DNA of 61,736 bases, the filler included, from Sluysia triapertura (taxonomy: Eukaryota): the NCBI GenBank assembly GCA_046118255.1. It is 5 parts of 5 records of this genome, joined end to end, with 100 filler letters (N's around TTAATTAATTAA, not from the genome) between each part and the next. Parts side by side here need not be neighbours in the genome. Positions count along the whole stretch, not along the records: positions 22,653 to 35,465 come from JBJNIA010080596.1; positions 35,566 to 46,436 come from JBJNIA010192339.1; 3 more parts are not named here. One strand, written 5' to 3'. Positions 25,778 to 39,200 of this stretch are shown here, piece by piece. Position 1 is the stretch's first letter. Each line of letters starts with the position of its first letter. Made by a program: the position numbers and the translations under genes. A model generated the notes under the pieces. It worked only from the letters and a program-made list of their open reading frames with translations. It was not told where the DNA came from and searched no databases.

Positions 25778-26980
25778 AGTAATCATGTACATTATTTTGG
25801 TAAAATAGAAAAACTGTATTATTGTGCAAATGTTTGGAAATTATAATTGAAAATATTGATTTTTTTCTGATTTTGATTAACTTTTTATAGCTCTCTAAAA
25901 ATCTAGTAAACATGCAACAATTTCTCATTACCATCTTTCTTTTGCTCTACTTTACACCTATAATCACTGTTATTTCTTTTTTATTTTTATTATCTCTAAT
26001 TTCTTTATTAATCATTTTATATTAATTTTTATTATTTTTTTATAATATTAGTTCTTATTTTTCATTCTCTATTTAATTTTTTAAATTTTATTCTTAATCT
26101 AAATTTGCAGTAAATTTTTTCTATTTTTTCATTAGTTTAATTTTTATTATTAATTTAATCTTTATAATTATAAATTCATTTTTAGCTCCAAATCTGAAGT
26201 GTTTTCAATTGTAAGCCCTGAAATTAATTTATAACTCATATTTTTATCAAGTCAACTCTTAAGAATGCTAACACATTAAAGTAATGTTTTCTGAGAATGA
26301 GCACAACTTTGTGTTTTAAGCCATTCATAAAACACTATCACCTGCATCTGTCTCTTTATTTTCATCGACACTTCACTAGATGGATCACGTAGCGATCTAG
26401 GACATAGTGCAACAAATAAAATGAAAATCGATGACTAGGAAGAAAGAATGATGAAAGACATTAAGGTTAAAGAGATTAAAGAAAGTGAAATAACAGAAGT
26501 ATTCCTAAGCTATATTAAGAATAAATAATCAAATTTATTTATTCAAGAAAATGTAAATTTATTAAGAAATAATTACAAAGTTTGTTCCTACGATATTATT
26601 CTACTACTCAAAATAAAAGCCAAACCTTATCCAATCATTAATGTAAGAAAATTTTTGGTGCTGTTTTACTTTGTTATCAAAATTTCATATATTTTTAATT
26701 TAATGCTTAATTTAGTTAAGTTATTGAAATTGAATTTAAAGTGTGTAAATATTTTTTTAGATACTAAAAACAAATATTATTATTTAGTAAGTTTACGCAA
26801 TATACTACAGACAATTTCAGAATTATTGTGTTTAAATATGCCATTGTCCTTGTAATGAATAAGCACACCGATTTGAAACTTAAATAAACGTTTTATTGAT
26901 TGAATAACAGGAAGATTAGTATCTGCAGTTTTTCTCAAGCACATTTTGAATTAAAAAATAAAGTAATTAATTTAACAAGC

Positions 26981-29900
26981 ATGTGTGATATTGAGTGCGT
27001 CGAATTCGATAATAAAGAGAAAATTTACAATGAATTATGTCATATGCTGTTAGAAGGTCAATCACATAATACTGAAAATATGAGCTCTGATACTGCAGTT
27101 CTTGTTCATTCCAACAAGGATCGAATATATCAAAAAGATGAAATCAATATCACCGGTATTCCGCCTATATCAAAATTGTATGTGAAATATTCTGAAGATT
27201 TTCGAGAAAAACTAAAGCATCCTCCATCATCCAATGAAAAAACTATTGCTAGTGGCAGTTATAGTAATGAAAGTGAAAATACGTATAGTGATATATCGGA
27301 TTTATGCAGTCAGACTGAATCTGAAGATGATAAAAAGAAATTAAAGAAGCAAGAATTGAATGAGAATGATAAATCTTTGAAAAAAATGGTGGATAGTTGT
27401 GAAAGTTTTAATGATGAAGCAATACTTCATAATAACTCTGATAAAAAATCTTTGCAAATTTTAAATAATAATAAATTTTGTGTTGCAACTGAAATTGGTG
27501 ACGATTTCAATGAATTTATTAAGGAATCTCCAGAAAAAATACGACAAACTTTTTCAGGACAAGCTGATAACATTTATCATGATTTGGAACAGAAAATTTT
27601 ACCTTTTGTTCGCAATATACGAACTGTTGAATTGAAATTACTAGGTCGAGTATCTATTTTTCAAAAGGCCTGTATTAAACAAATAGCGCAGCAGCATGAT
27701 TTAATGGTCAAACAATTTGGCAAAGGACGTGATAGTTTTGTTTTGTTGAGAAAAAAGGTTGGACTTTTGGAATCCCAGAAAGTATTTTTAGAAATGAAAA
27801 AAGCAGAAAAAGAAAAAAATGAATTGAAACTTAAACAATTACAAGGTTAGTTTGTTTGGTTTTGTTTTGTGGCTTAATTCGACTATAACGAAATTTATGT
27901 ATGAAAAGAATTGATTTACATATACAGAAGGAGTAGTTAGATGTCATTTTAGTTTTTATCTCTTATTAAATAGTTATATTTAAATGCATTTAATTCATTC
28001 GGTTGATAATTATAACAATTAATTATTTGTAGTAGCATAACTTAATTTATATAGAGTAATTTATAGCAGATTCCAAACAAATTTTGTTAGGTTTGAAGGG
28101 ATTAAAAAGAATGCTGTGTACTTAAATACAATAATAATATTGCAAAATAATGGCTCAATAAGAGTTAATGTATATACATGAAATCTATTTAATAGAATTA
28201 TTTTATTTTAAATTTAAGTACTAACAAATATAAGTAGCAAATTTTTTACAAAAAATATTAAATTTATTATTTAACAGAAAAGCGAGATAAATTGCTAAAC
28301 CCACCAAAATTCACAACATCTTCATGTCAAGTCGATTTTTTGTCCGATAATACTGCAGATGCAGATGATGAAGCGCCACCATTAAGTAAACAAGCTAAGA
28401 AGCGATTGAAACACAAAAACAATGAACTAAAACGAAAGAAAAACCTGAAACGAGATTCGGCAGCTCAAACTGCTCCTGATGGGTTTTATGTATGTCCATA
28501 TTGCGAAGATGATATTCCTGAAGGTATTCGACATATCCATTATCCGTTTTGTATAGAAAAATACCGTTCTGGACAATTGAATAGTCACAATGATAAATTT
28601 AATCAGTATTTCTGTAGTCATAGCAATAGAGTTAGTTTTAACAGTTTTTATAACAAATAGTTTTTCAAAGAACAAACACAAAAATTGCTTTAATGAAAAG
28701 AAAATTAATTGCCTTTGTGCTACAAGAGCGTTATTATAAGATGTTATTTACTTCAAAGATGTTACATTGTCGTGGAATTGGAATTGGGATTCATTAATAA
28801 GATTCATCTGTAAATAAAATATTAATTTGAATTTTAAACAAATTAATTAATTACATTCTATACTTTTTTTATTACGTATTTCCATTTATTATTGACTTCA
28901 ATGTTTAAATTAGTTTTTCGTTTACTTATTAATTTAAAAGTAGTATATTATTTCTTTCAAATAAACCACATGGAAAATCCGCTAAAATTGAATATAGACG
29001 CAAACAAATACTAGCTAGCACGGTAGTATATTGTGTTTCCTCGAAAATAAGACAGGGCTTAAATTAATTTTCACTAGGACTTATTTTTTGGGTGTCCTAT
29101 TTTCATTTATCGAAAAACTATGAAATTTCTAAATATATAAAAAACATGAAAATCGATCTACATTTACTAATGAATAACATGTTTTATGTTTAAAAACCAC
29201 TAATTATAAATCTTTCAAAAATGACCATATCGTCGTCCTCTGGACTATCTTACAAGTCACACTGGATTACAAAGTTTTCATTTAACCGAGTAGTTGTACT
29301 TGTATCATCCATATCTGTTGAACAAAGAACGAGTCAAAAATATTCATGATAACCTATAATTATTAAGTAAATATTTGAATTTTAATAAAAATAAACTTAA
29401 TTTTTTTAAGACTTCTTCAAAATCACGCGATAGAAAAGTAGAAAATGTTGGCAATCAAATAGATAAATTGAAAAAAGAGCTATCAAATGTACATGACAAT
29501 GACATCAATGAAATCATAAATCGTATAAATGATATAGAAAAACGATGTTCGGTAACAGGATGCGAAAAGAAAAAATTTTGTGTTAGTTATTTTGTAAAAC
29601 AATTATCTACTTTTATTTATCAATAGATAAAGTCCAATTAAAAATACAATAGAAATGTTTTTCAATTTTTAGATTTGCAAAGAATGTAATATGGCTCTTT
29701 GTGCAACACATTTTAATTCTGATGCTTCGAATAAAAATCCACAAGTTCATTTTAATTGTCCAGTGTTGCTAGAAAAAGAAGAACAAAAAAAAGCCAATCG
29801 TCTTGGTAGTAATAATCCACTTTTAAAGACTGTACAAGAATTACGAACTCCGAATATTCCAAATGGGATGGCTGCGAAACGAGGTCGACGTGTAAAAATG

Positions 29901-30038
29901 TCGAATGCAACTACTGCATCACTGAACAGTCAAAATTCAACAAACACAAATAATCAATTATTTGATTTTGAAAGAAATATTCTTAAAAAGCAATTGAAAG
30001 AACGCATTACTTATTTAAGTGATAAACGATCTAAATAA
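26981..30038 (+). CDS. IGHMBP2/SMUBP-2 C-terminus-like protein (degenerate R3H, C2HC finger, AN1-type zinc finger), 584 aa, 4 exons
   Basis: Exons 26981-27845, 28278-28630, 29411-29581 and 29673-30038; all donors are GTTAGT, acceptors are AG, and phases 1/0/0 join in frame (1755 nt). Motifs: R3H-like FQKACIKQIAQQHDLMVKQFGKGRDSFVLLRK; CPYC...HYPFC; spliced CSVTGC...CICKECNMALCATH...PQVHFNC; tail ERNILKKQLKERITYLSDKRS resembling the IGHMBP2 C-terminus. AATAAA follows near 30117. Confidence 0.85.
29031..29101. mobile_element. Tc2/pogo-type terminal fragment in intron 2
   Basis: TGTGTTTCCTCGAAAATAAGACAGGGCTTAAATTAATTTT...CTTATTTT resembles TA|CCGTGTTTCCCCGAAAATAAGAC termini of Tc2-like elements. 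Confidence 0.5.
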
Positions 30039-30185
30039 TGTATATCTTATTATTTTATCTTTAGTTTTAATATATTTTTGATAATTAATTATTCATTTAC
30101 GTCGTATTTGTTCGTAAATAAAAAGTAAAGTTTTAAAAAATTGTAAATACGAAATATAAAACTTTTATATTAGTTAAAAATATTG

Positions 30186-30572
30186 AGATCCAAAACAAAC
30201 AGAAATTTTATTCATGTAGAATGTGATAACACAATTTGCAATACAAATCAAGTATGTAGAAACTGTTGTATCAGTACTTTGTTTGCCCTCCTTTGTTATC
30301 CAATAGTTTCTTGATCCTTAAAGGCATGCCATGGATGAGCTTGGAGTATAAGTCTTTGATGTCGTCATCGTGATGCTATACTTTTATCAGGGTTTCAATA
30401 AGTTCTGTCCTGGTGGTTGGTTTATGGGTAGAAACTCTCCTTTTGACAATCTCTCTCACATTTTCTATGTAATTCATGTCTGAAGAGTTTCCAAGCCAGG
30501 ATAGCAAATATTAAGAAAACCGAAGAAAAACACATTTTTCCTGTTTTAATCTAATATTTTAGTCACTACTCT
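30186..30572 (-). mobile_element. Second, truncated copy of the non-autonomous Tc1 element at 6681-7215
   Basis: Collinear high similarity to about 6846-7215, including the same deletion junction (GCAAATATTAAGAAAACC.AAGAAAAAC) and a decayed TIR. Confidence 0.85.
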
Positions 30573-31099
30573 AATGACTATAATAAATTCGAATTATATT
30601 AAAATGTATAATTAATACGTTCTGTGTTGAGCAAGTTCTCATTATTGGGGTTGTCAGAAAATAAAGTGACTGAAAGGATATTGCAGCTTAAAGGTAAAGG
30701 GATCAATAAAGTTATAAAGTTATGCTAAACATTTATAAGTATATTAATTAATTAATTTAATTAGAATTGTTTGAAAATCATTTTTGATCAGTAACTTTCT
30801 GTATGATGTTTGTATCACATTTAATAAAACACCATTATGAAATGTATCGATGTTATGTACACCAAGACTATGTGAAACGCATCAAAGTAGAATCAATGTA
30901 AAATCATCAGTTTTAATTAATTTTCTTTATTGTAAAGTTAAATTTCAATGTATTATAATAAACATATATAATAAAAGTATATATCAAATTAATACTCATT
31001 AAGAGATCATTCTAAATTGATTATTTAAATTGAGGTATTGCGTATTTGATTAGATTTATATTCAATTTATAAACTTATAGAATAACACAATAAATCATT

Positions 31100-31560
31100 A
31101 ACTATTTTAAATTTATCAACCAAAATCAGCAATATAACAGCGAGTAAAAGAAAACAAAAATATTTAGATGTTAAAATCAAAAGTCCTTTTTGAGATCTTT
31201 GATTTGTTTTCTAATTTAATTTGAGTAAGAAATTTTCCCTCAATATATCAGGATCCTTACAATAATAATGCTTAAATTTTATTTTAAGTGTATTTTAGGA
31301 TCTTGGCTTATAAAAAGTAAAAATCTCCTTAAAATAAAATAATTAATTCTTTCAAGGAAATTGGATCAAAAGATCCCGATACAACTTGTAACTAGAGTGC
31401 TAATACACGGAGTGGATTTAGAACGCTGATGTGAATACTGCAAAACTGCTGAGAATTGGCGATTTTCATTAAACTGATGCTAGTTTATACACTAGTTATC
31501 AGCCAATGAAAATCGATGGAATGTTCTAGAATCTAGATTATTCTAGAAGCTTCTGTTCTA
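31100..31560 (-). repeat. Solo-LTR-like repeat, internal part
   Basis: Shares CCCTCAATAT and TGGCGATTTTCATTAAACT.ATGCTAGTTTATA.ACTAGT with 48.9-49.2 kb. The minus strand has ATTGG, TATAAA and TCAGT in promoter-like order. Confidence 0.55.
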
Positions 31561-31702
31561 TTTATAGGAGCAAATCTTCTTTTTTAGAAAATTAATATTT
31601 TTAGGTATTTTTAAACATTTATAAATAATTTTAAAGCATTTCGTATGATTTGAAATGGCTGTGATGGCAACCTAACATAAGAATTAGAGATATTTTTCTA
31701 TA

Positions 31703-32258
31703 CAAAGTCGGATAAAGGGACTGCAGGCCGGGCGACTGCACGGGGCGCAAAATTTGAGGAGAGCCGATATTCATTACTTTTTTAGATTTTATAAATAAAA
31801 ATCGATCATTTTTCATGAGACATCGATTTTTTTAGCAAGCAATAAAAAGTTTTTCTTTAATAATACCAAATAAAAAGGTCACAACGCTAATTACAAACTA
31901 TTTACAAACTGCTTTTCAAAAAAATTAATTTAATTAACTGTGTTATTGAATTTTTGACAAATAGCATTACTAAAAATCTTATATGTTACACGTATGCAAC
32001 AAGAATAGCATAACTTAATTTTCAAAGTACTCGCTGCTTCGTCGCTCAAACTTCAAATGTGCTAGTTATGTTATTCCATATGTTGTATCTCTTGTAAGTA
32101 AGTAACTATTCTATTATTTTTTAAATAAATACATTTTTATTTAAGTTCTTTATTGTGTAATTTTTATTTTTAAATCGCATTAAATTTGTATATTCTTGTA
32201 TGAAAGGGTACCAGGTTTTGTTTCGCTCGGGGTGCCCAAAACCCTAGATCTAGCATTG
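31703..32258. mobile_element. hAT (Tip100-like) non-autonomous element with a nested palindromic insert
   Basis: Imperfect TIRs CAAAGTCGGATAAAGGG and CCCTAGATCTAGCATTG, GC-rich subterminal GGGGCGC/GGGGTGCCC blocks, and flanks TTTCTATA and TTCTAATA. Confidence 0.6.
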
Positions 32259-33514
32259 TTCTAATACAATCGATAATGATCAACTCTTCCATTTTTGGAT
32301 ATTTAAAATGTTGAATTAAAAATGAAAAGTACTAATTTAATAATAATTGTTATTTAAATTTATTAACATTAAAAATTTATTGATTCTTGTGTTACTAAGA
32401 ATATTTGTATGTACTGAAATCAATACTAGACAAAGTTTTAAGAAGTTTGTATTTAGTTGTCAAGGTTATTTATGTCAAATATTTGAATTAAATAAACATT
32501 AAATAGAAAATAAATGTTAAATAAGAAAAAATATTGATCTTATAAATTCTAGCTTACATTTTATCTATTTATGTCCGTATGAGTAATTATGTAATTAGCA
32601 GATAATCATACATTAAAAGTACAAAACAATGCTTAGAACTGCGTAATATAACATTAGTAATTTATAAACTAAATCAGACATTTTATTTTATTCAAAACAT
32701 AACTAGATAATTCATTTAAGTTTTTAAATAAGATTATTTAGTCAAGCTTAATTAATACGTTGAAGTATTTCTTATAATTTGATTTTGGATCCCACACAAC
32801 TTCATAAATTGAACAAGGTAATTGATATGTGTTTATAGTATTGATTGATCACAATTTTCTGTTTCTTTTGTCGGTTTTTTTAATTTATTTTAAAATTTTA
32901 TTTAATTTCAACATTAAGTAATACTTTTTGATTAGTGATAATATTTATATAGTATTACATCGAAAAAGTAATACTATTTGGATTAATGATATCAATCATG
33001 AGTTTATTAATGAATTTGGTATTTATTTTAAAATAAAAATAAAGTCTAATTTACAAAAGCTAATTAGAATACTAATTGTATTGATTTTTATGTGTTATAA
33101 TAACTTATAATAATTAAAATAGTAATAATATATCGCGGATTTAAAATATGAATAGTAATTATGTATTATTGATTGATATTTGATTTTTAAAAATAATTTT
33201 TGTATTATGTATTTAAATCTTGAATTATCTATTATATTATCATTTTTGTATTGATCATCATATAATATTAGTGTTCATGATGTCATTTTAGTAAAATATT
33301 AAAACAAAACTATTTATTACAACATATTTTTGGAAACTTAAAATCGAGTGTCTTCAAAAATGTGCAATTTCACTCACAATATAAGTTTGTTTAAATTCAT
33401 TTTAAAATGAGCGCTTCTTTTTAGTACTTAAAGTGATTGATCTACAATCATAAATGTACAAAATCAAACTTACAAACTTACAAACTTAATAACTTGTCCA
33501 CCGGATTGTAGTGA

Positions 33515-33650
33515 AAGAAGTGTGTTATAGAAAGAGTATGGAGGTCAAATTAAGTATCTATGTAATTTGAGTATATTTACTCAACTTGGGAAGAACATCT
33601 TATACCCATGGACAATTTTCTTATGGAATGACTTTAAGTAGCATTGGAGT
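33515..33650 (+). mobile_element. Possible retroviral-type integrase core relic
   Basis: VIERVWRS...YSTWEEHL across frameshifts resembles the ER-nr-ik...W---L integrase segment. Confidence 0.3.
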
Positions 33651-35465
33651 TTTTAAATGCGAAAAAATAGACACGCCACACTTTTACGACGCTGAGCTCC
33701 AAAGCAAGAACTTTATTGTCTAATGTTCAAAATAGTATTTATAAATGATTTTATAAGAAGGACTTCAAAAAAAAAGATTTTAAAATGACTCTTGAAAAAT
33801 AATAATACAATGGATTTCATGTCAAATTAAAACTATATAAATTAACTATTCTTCTTTATTTTGCGAGCTTATTTAGAATATCTCTCTAAAAGACGCTGAT
33901 ATTTATAATCAACAATAAATAAATACATAAATCCAAATTAATATTTATTCTACCACGAATTGCAAATGTTATTAAAAAATATATATATGAAAAGAGAAAG
34001 TAAGTGACAGTTTACTAAATTAAAGATGTAAAAATTTTTAATAGAATATTGCAGTTTTATTGAAATTTTATCGGTCTTTTTAAAATGACCATTTGAGAAT
34101 ACGTTTACAGATTGTCTAAGTAGGAATTTTAACACATTGTAAACTGTGCAAAACTTACTAAATAAAACTAACATAATTTGTTTTTGTAAATAAAGTCTAA
34201 TTTGATTTTAAATTTTAGGTTTATAGGAATCGTTGAATTTAACTTTGAAATAATACAACCCACTTTGATGATCGAATAATTTAATAATTTGTAATGAAAT
34301 AATCTGTTCTATTTTAAAAACCAAAGTCTTTGTAAAAACAATTAATTTTGCAACCAATGTTAAGTTAAAAAATACATAGTTAATAAGAAACTTCATAGCA
34401 CTATTTAAAAGGTAATTGCATAACTTTTATAAGTACATTTTGCATTTTAATAATTAACAATGAATACTAACAAGGCCTCCAGTCCTTTAAAATGCGTGTA
34501 GTTGTTATCGTCTGAATTATTATTATTATTTAAGATTACTGCCGTTATTTTTTAAATTATCGCTATTATATTATACAAATGCTTTTTTTGTATTTATTAC
34601 ATTGAGTAGATTGAGTAGAGTAAAGGAAAATAATAGATAATCGTAAATCAATTTTTTTGTGTTCTGTATCTAATATAGTTTGACAGTCTGTACCATGTAA
34701 TTGTCAAAGTTATTACTGTCGGATTAATTCTCAAAGAATGTTACATTGGTTTGTGTGAAAGAATATTTAATCAAAAATTTGGGAATGATTGAATAAGGAA
34801 ATATAAAAGGGAATACTAAAAAATTTTATCTCACAACAACAACACAACAGTAACAACAACGATTAATAATACAAATGAGAAGATCCATGCTTTAAGTAAT
34901 TTTTGAATTTATTTTATAATTAAAATTAATATTATTTTTGGGGGATTTCTTTAAAGTAGCTTTTGCTTTGTGTTGTTTTTAGGAAATTTATACTTGATTA
35001 TTATTATCGATAATGGTGAATAATAATTAATATTTTTCTTAGTGTTTGTTGTGTAACTCCTGGTTTCTTAGATAGATTGTTATGTTCTTGGTACCATCAT
35101 AAGCGTTATTGTTAATCTTATTATTTTAGTTATTCTTTGTATTGTTTAGTGGAGATTTATAAAAATAATAATAATTTGTGTTTGATTTTGTTTAACCAGT
35201 AAATTATTTTGTTGTTGATTTGATTTTCAAAAACTTAATTTTGGGTGAATAATTATTATCATCAAAGTAATTAAATTTATACTTGATATAGTGAGTACTT
35301 AAATTATTGAGACTTTATTAAAGTTAATTAAATTGATAATGATTTAGCGAAATTAATAATTTTTAAAGAAAAATATTATTAATCATTTTGTTGCGTCTTT
35401 AAAACTTGTTAAATATTAAACTCACTATTAATATCTTGTTCAGTTTAAATCTTAATAATTTCAAT

Positions 35466-35565
35466 NNNNNNNNNNNNNNNNNNNNNNNNNNNNNNNNNNN
35501 NNNNNNNNNTTAATTAATTAANNNNNNNNNNNNNNNNNNNNNNNNNNNNNNNNNNNNNNNNNNNN
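35466..35565. other. Artificial contig linker
   Basis: N44-TTAATTAATTAA-N44. Confidence 0.97.
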
Positions 35566-36243
35566 GTTGAATTTTATGAGATGAGTTATTATGAATATTG
35601 TGTGATGAATTGTGATTGATACCGAATGACGAGTTCCCTACATTTATAAAGTAGAGTTATGTGCTAATATTAGGAGAGGAATTTCTTTAGAATTTGATTA
35701 GAATTTTGTTTATTGATCCTATTAAAATTTTGTTTATTGATCCTATTAAAATTTTGGTACTCTTGGAATAATTTATATTAAATTATTATATTAATATTAT
35801 TATTATTATTATTAAATTAATATATTAATTATTATATATTATATTTATATTAAATTTACACTAAATTTTCATATTGAAAAATTTGTATAAGTATTATTTT
35901 GATATTCTTGGTATTATTTGACTCTTTGTGACAACTGATTCACAATGTCTAATGATTTATAAGTACAATAATTAAAATTAAAATAACAATGAAAACAAAA
36001 ACAAAATTACTTGTATATTAAATATCAGAAACTTGCTTTAACAAAAAGAAATGCTGTGGGAAAAAGCTGATTAAATACAATTATATTATTTTATTGAAGT
36101 TAAGTTATTTATGCCTTAACTTAAATTATAAAAATAATTTTAAACTTTAACTAAATGTTTATTATTAAATGAATTTTTATTTTTATCTTTAATTTATATT
36201 TATAATAAATTATAATTTCAAAATTTGTCATTATATTTTTAAG

Positions 36244-39200
36244 CTTTAAAAATGTCGACACAAATCGAGATTGTACATTTTTATTGTCAGAAGACGATCG
36301 TATGTGGAAGCAATTGAGGCATATGCATATGGCTGATGTCTCCAGGTAATTATTATTATTATATTAAAAAATTTATTACTTAAATATAAATTACTTAAGA
36401 TTATAAGAAGTATATAAATATTTAACTTCTTCGCATTGTAGTTTGTTCTACGAATACGTGATGTTATAAATTAAATAAGTCGAATTTTCGACTTATCTTT
36501 GACAGAAGAGATGGAAATGCTAACTTTAATATTTATTAATATTTAATAAATATTTAACAAATAAAGAAATTAAGTAAATACACCAAAGTTTATTCTAAAA
36601 CCAGTAATCACTAAAAGGATATAATAATTAACTATAATTTTAAAGGTGATTGGTAAAGTAATCTTAGTAATCTTAATGGTTTTACAAACTTTTTTCATTG
36701 TATGAAAATACCTCTAAGTGTGACCAATAAATAAATTTATTCATACACAAATTTATCAGACGATGAATTAAGAATGACAATAGAAAGATGTTGAAATGCA
36801 TATTCAAATGGAATTTTATTTTAGATGTATAAAGTCAAACGGAAATCATAAATATTATTATTTATAATAATAAATATTAATAAATATTATTAACAAATAT
36901 TAGATAGTATTAATAATAATATCTATTTTAATTAATTGGTGTGGTGAGTTCAACTCCACAATCGTATACAACAATCAAAGAAATTTAACAATAAGTCACA
37001 AACAACAATCAAAACTTAATTAACAACCACGTATTTTCACATTTTAAACACTTCCTCAAATTAATAAATTCTTTTACAAACTACAACAATGACAATAATA
37101 TTCATACTTACATTTTTATGAACAAATTCCTTTTCAATTCATAAACAAAGTAAATAATAAAATAAATAATATATGAAGAAATAACTGATATGCAAGACAA
37201 GACTAAATTGGTCTACTAGTTAAAATTTACATTAATCAATTTGAAACATCTGAAATTGTCCTTGAGATACAGTCGTGTTTGTTAGTCAATTAGTTTTTTC
37301 ACAATAAAAAATGAAACAATACATATATTACGATAAAATAGTAACTAAGAATCAGTAGTAAACAAGAGAAAAGTGGTAACAGTAATAAATAATAAAATTA
37401 TTATCATTGTCACTTGGTTTTCGTTATTATTGCGTTATGGTTACTATGGCCGCTGTTCTTACTACCATTGTTATGATCGTACCATTACTTATGTTCCTTA
37501 TTGTTCCTTACTGTCATTTTCATTGTTGCTTTTTTTTACCCTTATTACTGTTATAACTTTTCTCATTATTTTATCGTAATATATGTATTCTTTCGTATAT
37601 TAATTGACTAACAATCATTACAAGTATTTATCTTTCCCATTTATTCAACAGATTTATTTTTAATTTTATTATTAATAAAAATAATGCGGTTTATAATTTT
37701 ATTAGTTATAATGTTTATTTGTTGACAAACCCCAAAAAGTATTAAAATATTCGCACCATTTCTACAGATATTTTTAATTGGATTTAAAATGCAAGGGTTA
37801 AATTATATAGTTTTAATCTCGTAAAATAAGTCGTTCTTGTAAATCTTTAAAACTTCGGTTTAAATACGACGATAAAATCTTATTATTCGTCTTAGTTTAC
37901 AAAAAACTCAAATATATCATTCAAAATTCAACTGAGAAAAGCTAGAAAACAATCATAAAAAGTTAACAAAACTCAATAAAAATTCACATGGCATTAAGAA
38001 AGCCTGAAGATTGGAGTCTTTTAGTATTTTACTTCACTACACAATCTTTATAAAGTTATAGGATGGCTGCATTCGACCTCACCTAACTTTTATATTTAAA
38101 TCCTGTGGACCAGTCCTTAATTATGTAAGACTCGGATCAGAGACAAACTTTTAAATTATTGAAAAAATATTGTGATTTTAAGCTTTCATCAGGAAACCGC
38201 CTCATTTTGATGCTCCTATTTGTCTTTCTAATTAAATATACCAATTTTAAATCTATAATTCATGCTTTTCATTTTTATTTTCGTTTATTTATTTGTTTTT
38301 ATTTGTTTGTTTGATATTTCGTTTACGATTACTAAGGTGCTTTAGATTAATTTTTATAATTTTATTTTAATAGATGTTTACTGATTTATTTAAAAAATCA
38401 AAGTTAAAAATCATTTTAAAATATTACATTATTATGTTGTAGGACTTTAATCAATCCTACTCTACGGAAAATATAAAGTATAATTCCAGAAACTACTACT
38501 GAGAAATTATTTAATGTTAGTATATTTGAAATGCATCTAAGTTCAATTCTGTCTTGTTCAAATATCTTTTAATACGTTTAAAACTAAGACTTTTTGTCAT
38601 TAATGAAGAAATATTTCAATCCTTTAAGGCTTCATAATTTAAATAAAGTTTTTGCTTGTATTATAACGATTGTAATAAATGAATATTTTATAATTGATTG
38701 TTTAATTTATTTTTCAGCATTATATTTTTCTAATTTTCATAATTGAATTACAATGTACTTTAATTTATTAAACAATATAAACGCGATAGAATGTTCATTA
38801 AAAGAGAAACAATATTCTCTTCAAGATATTAGTAGCCTTGGCAAAAAATATTATCATAGACATACAATTTAAAATGTATAGTCAGATTAAGATATTGTGA
38901 CAATAAAGGAGGTAATGTTTGAAAATGTTTTTCTTATATTACTGATATAAACAAATGTTATTATACCAAACAATACTTTCTTTTACTGATAAATTAATCA
39001 GACATATTTATTGTCTTTTCGTGTTGAAATATGCATGCATGTTATCAAAGTTCTCTAATTTGAAAATTTTATCTAATAAATATTATCAAAAATATCTATT
39101 TTGACTTCTGATATTTTCGTGATATATTCGTATTATGTGATTGTTTACAATTATAATTTCATTGTTAACAATGCCAATTTACCATTTTTAAGTATAAAAT

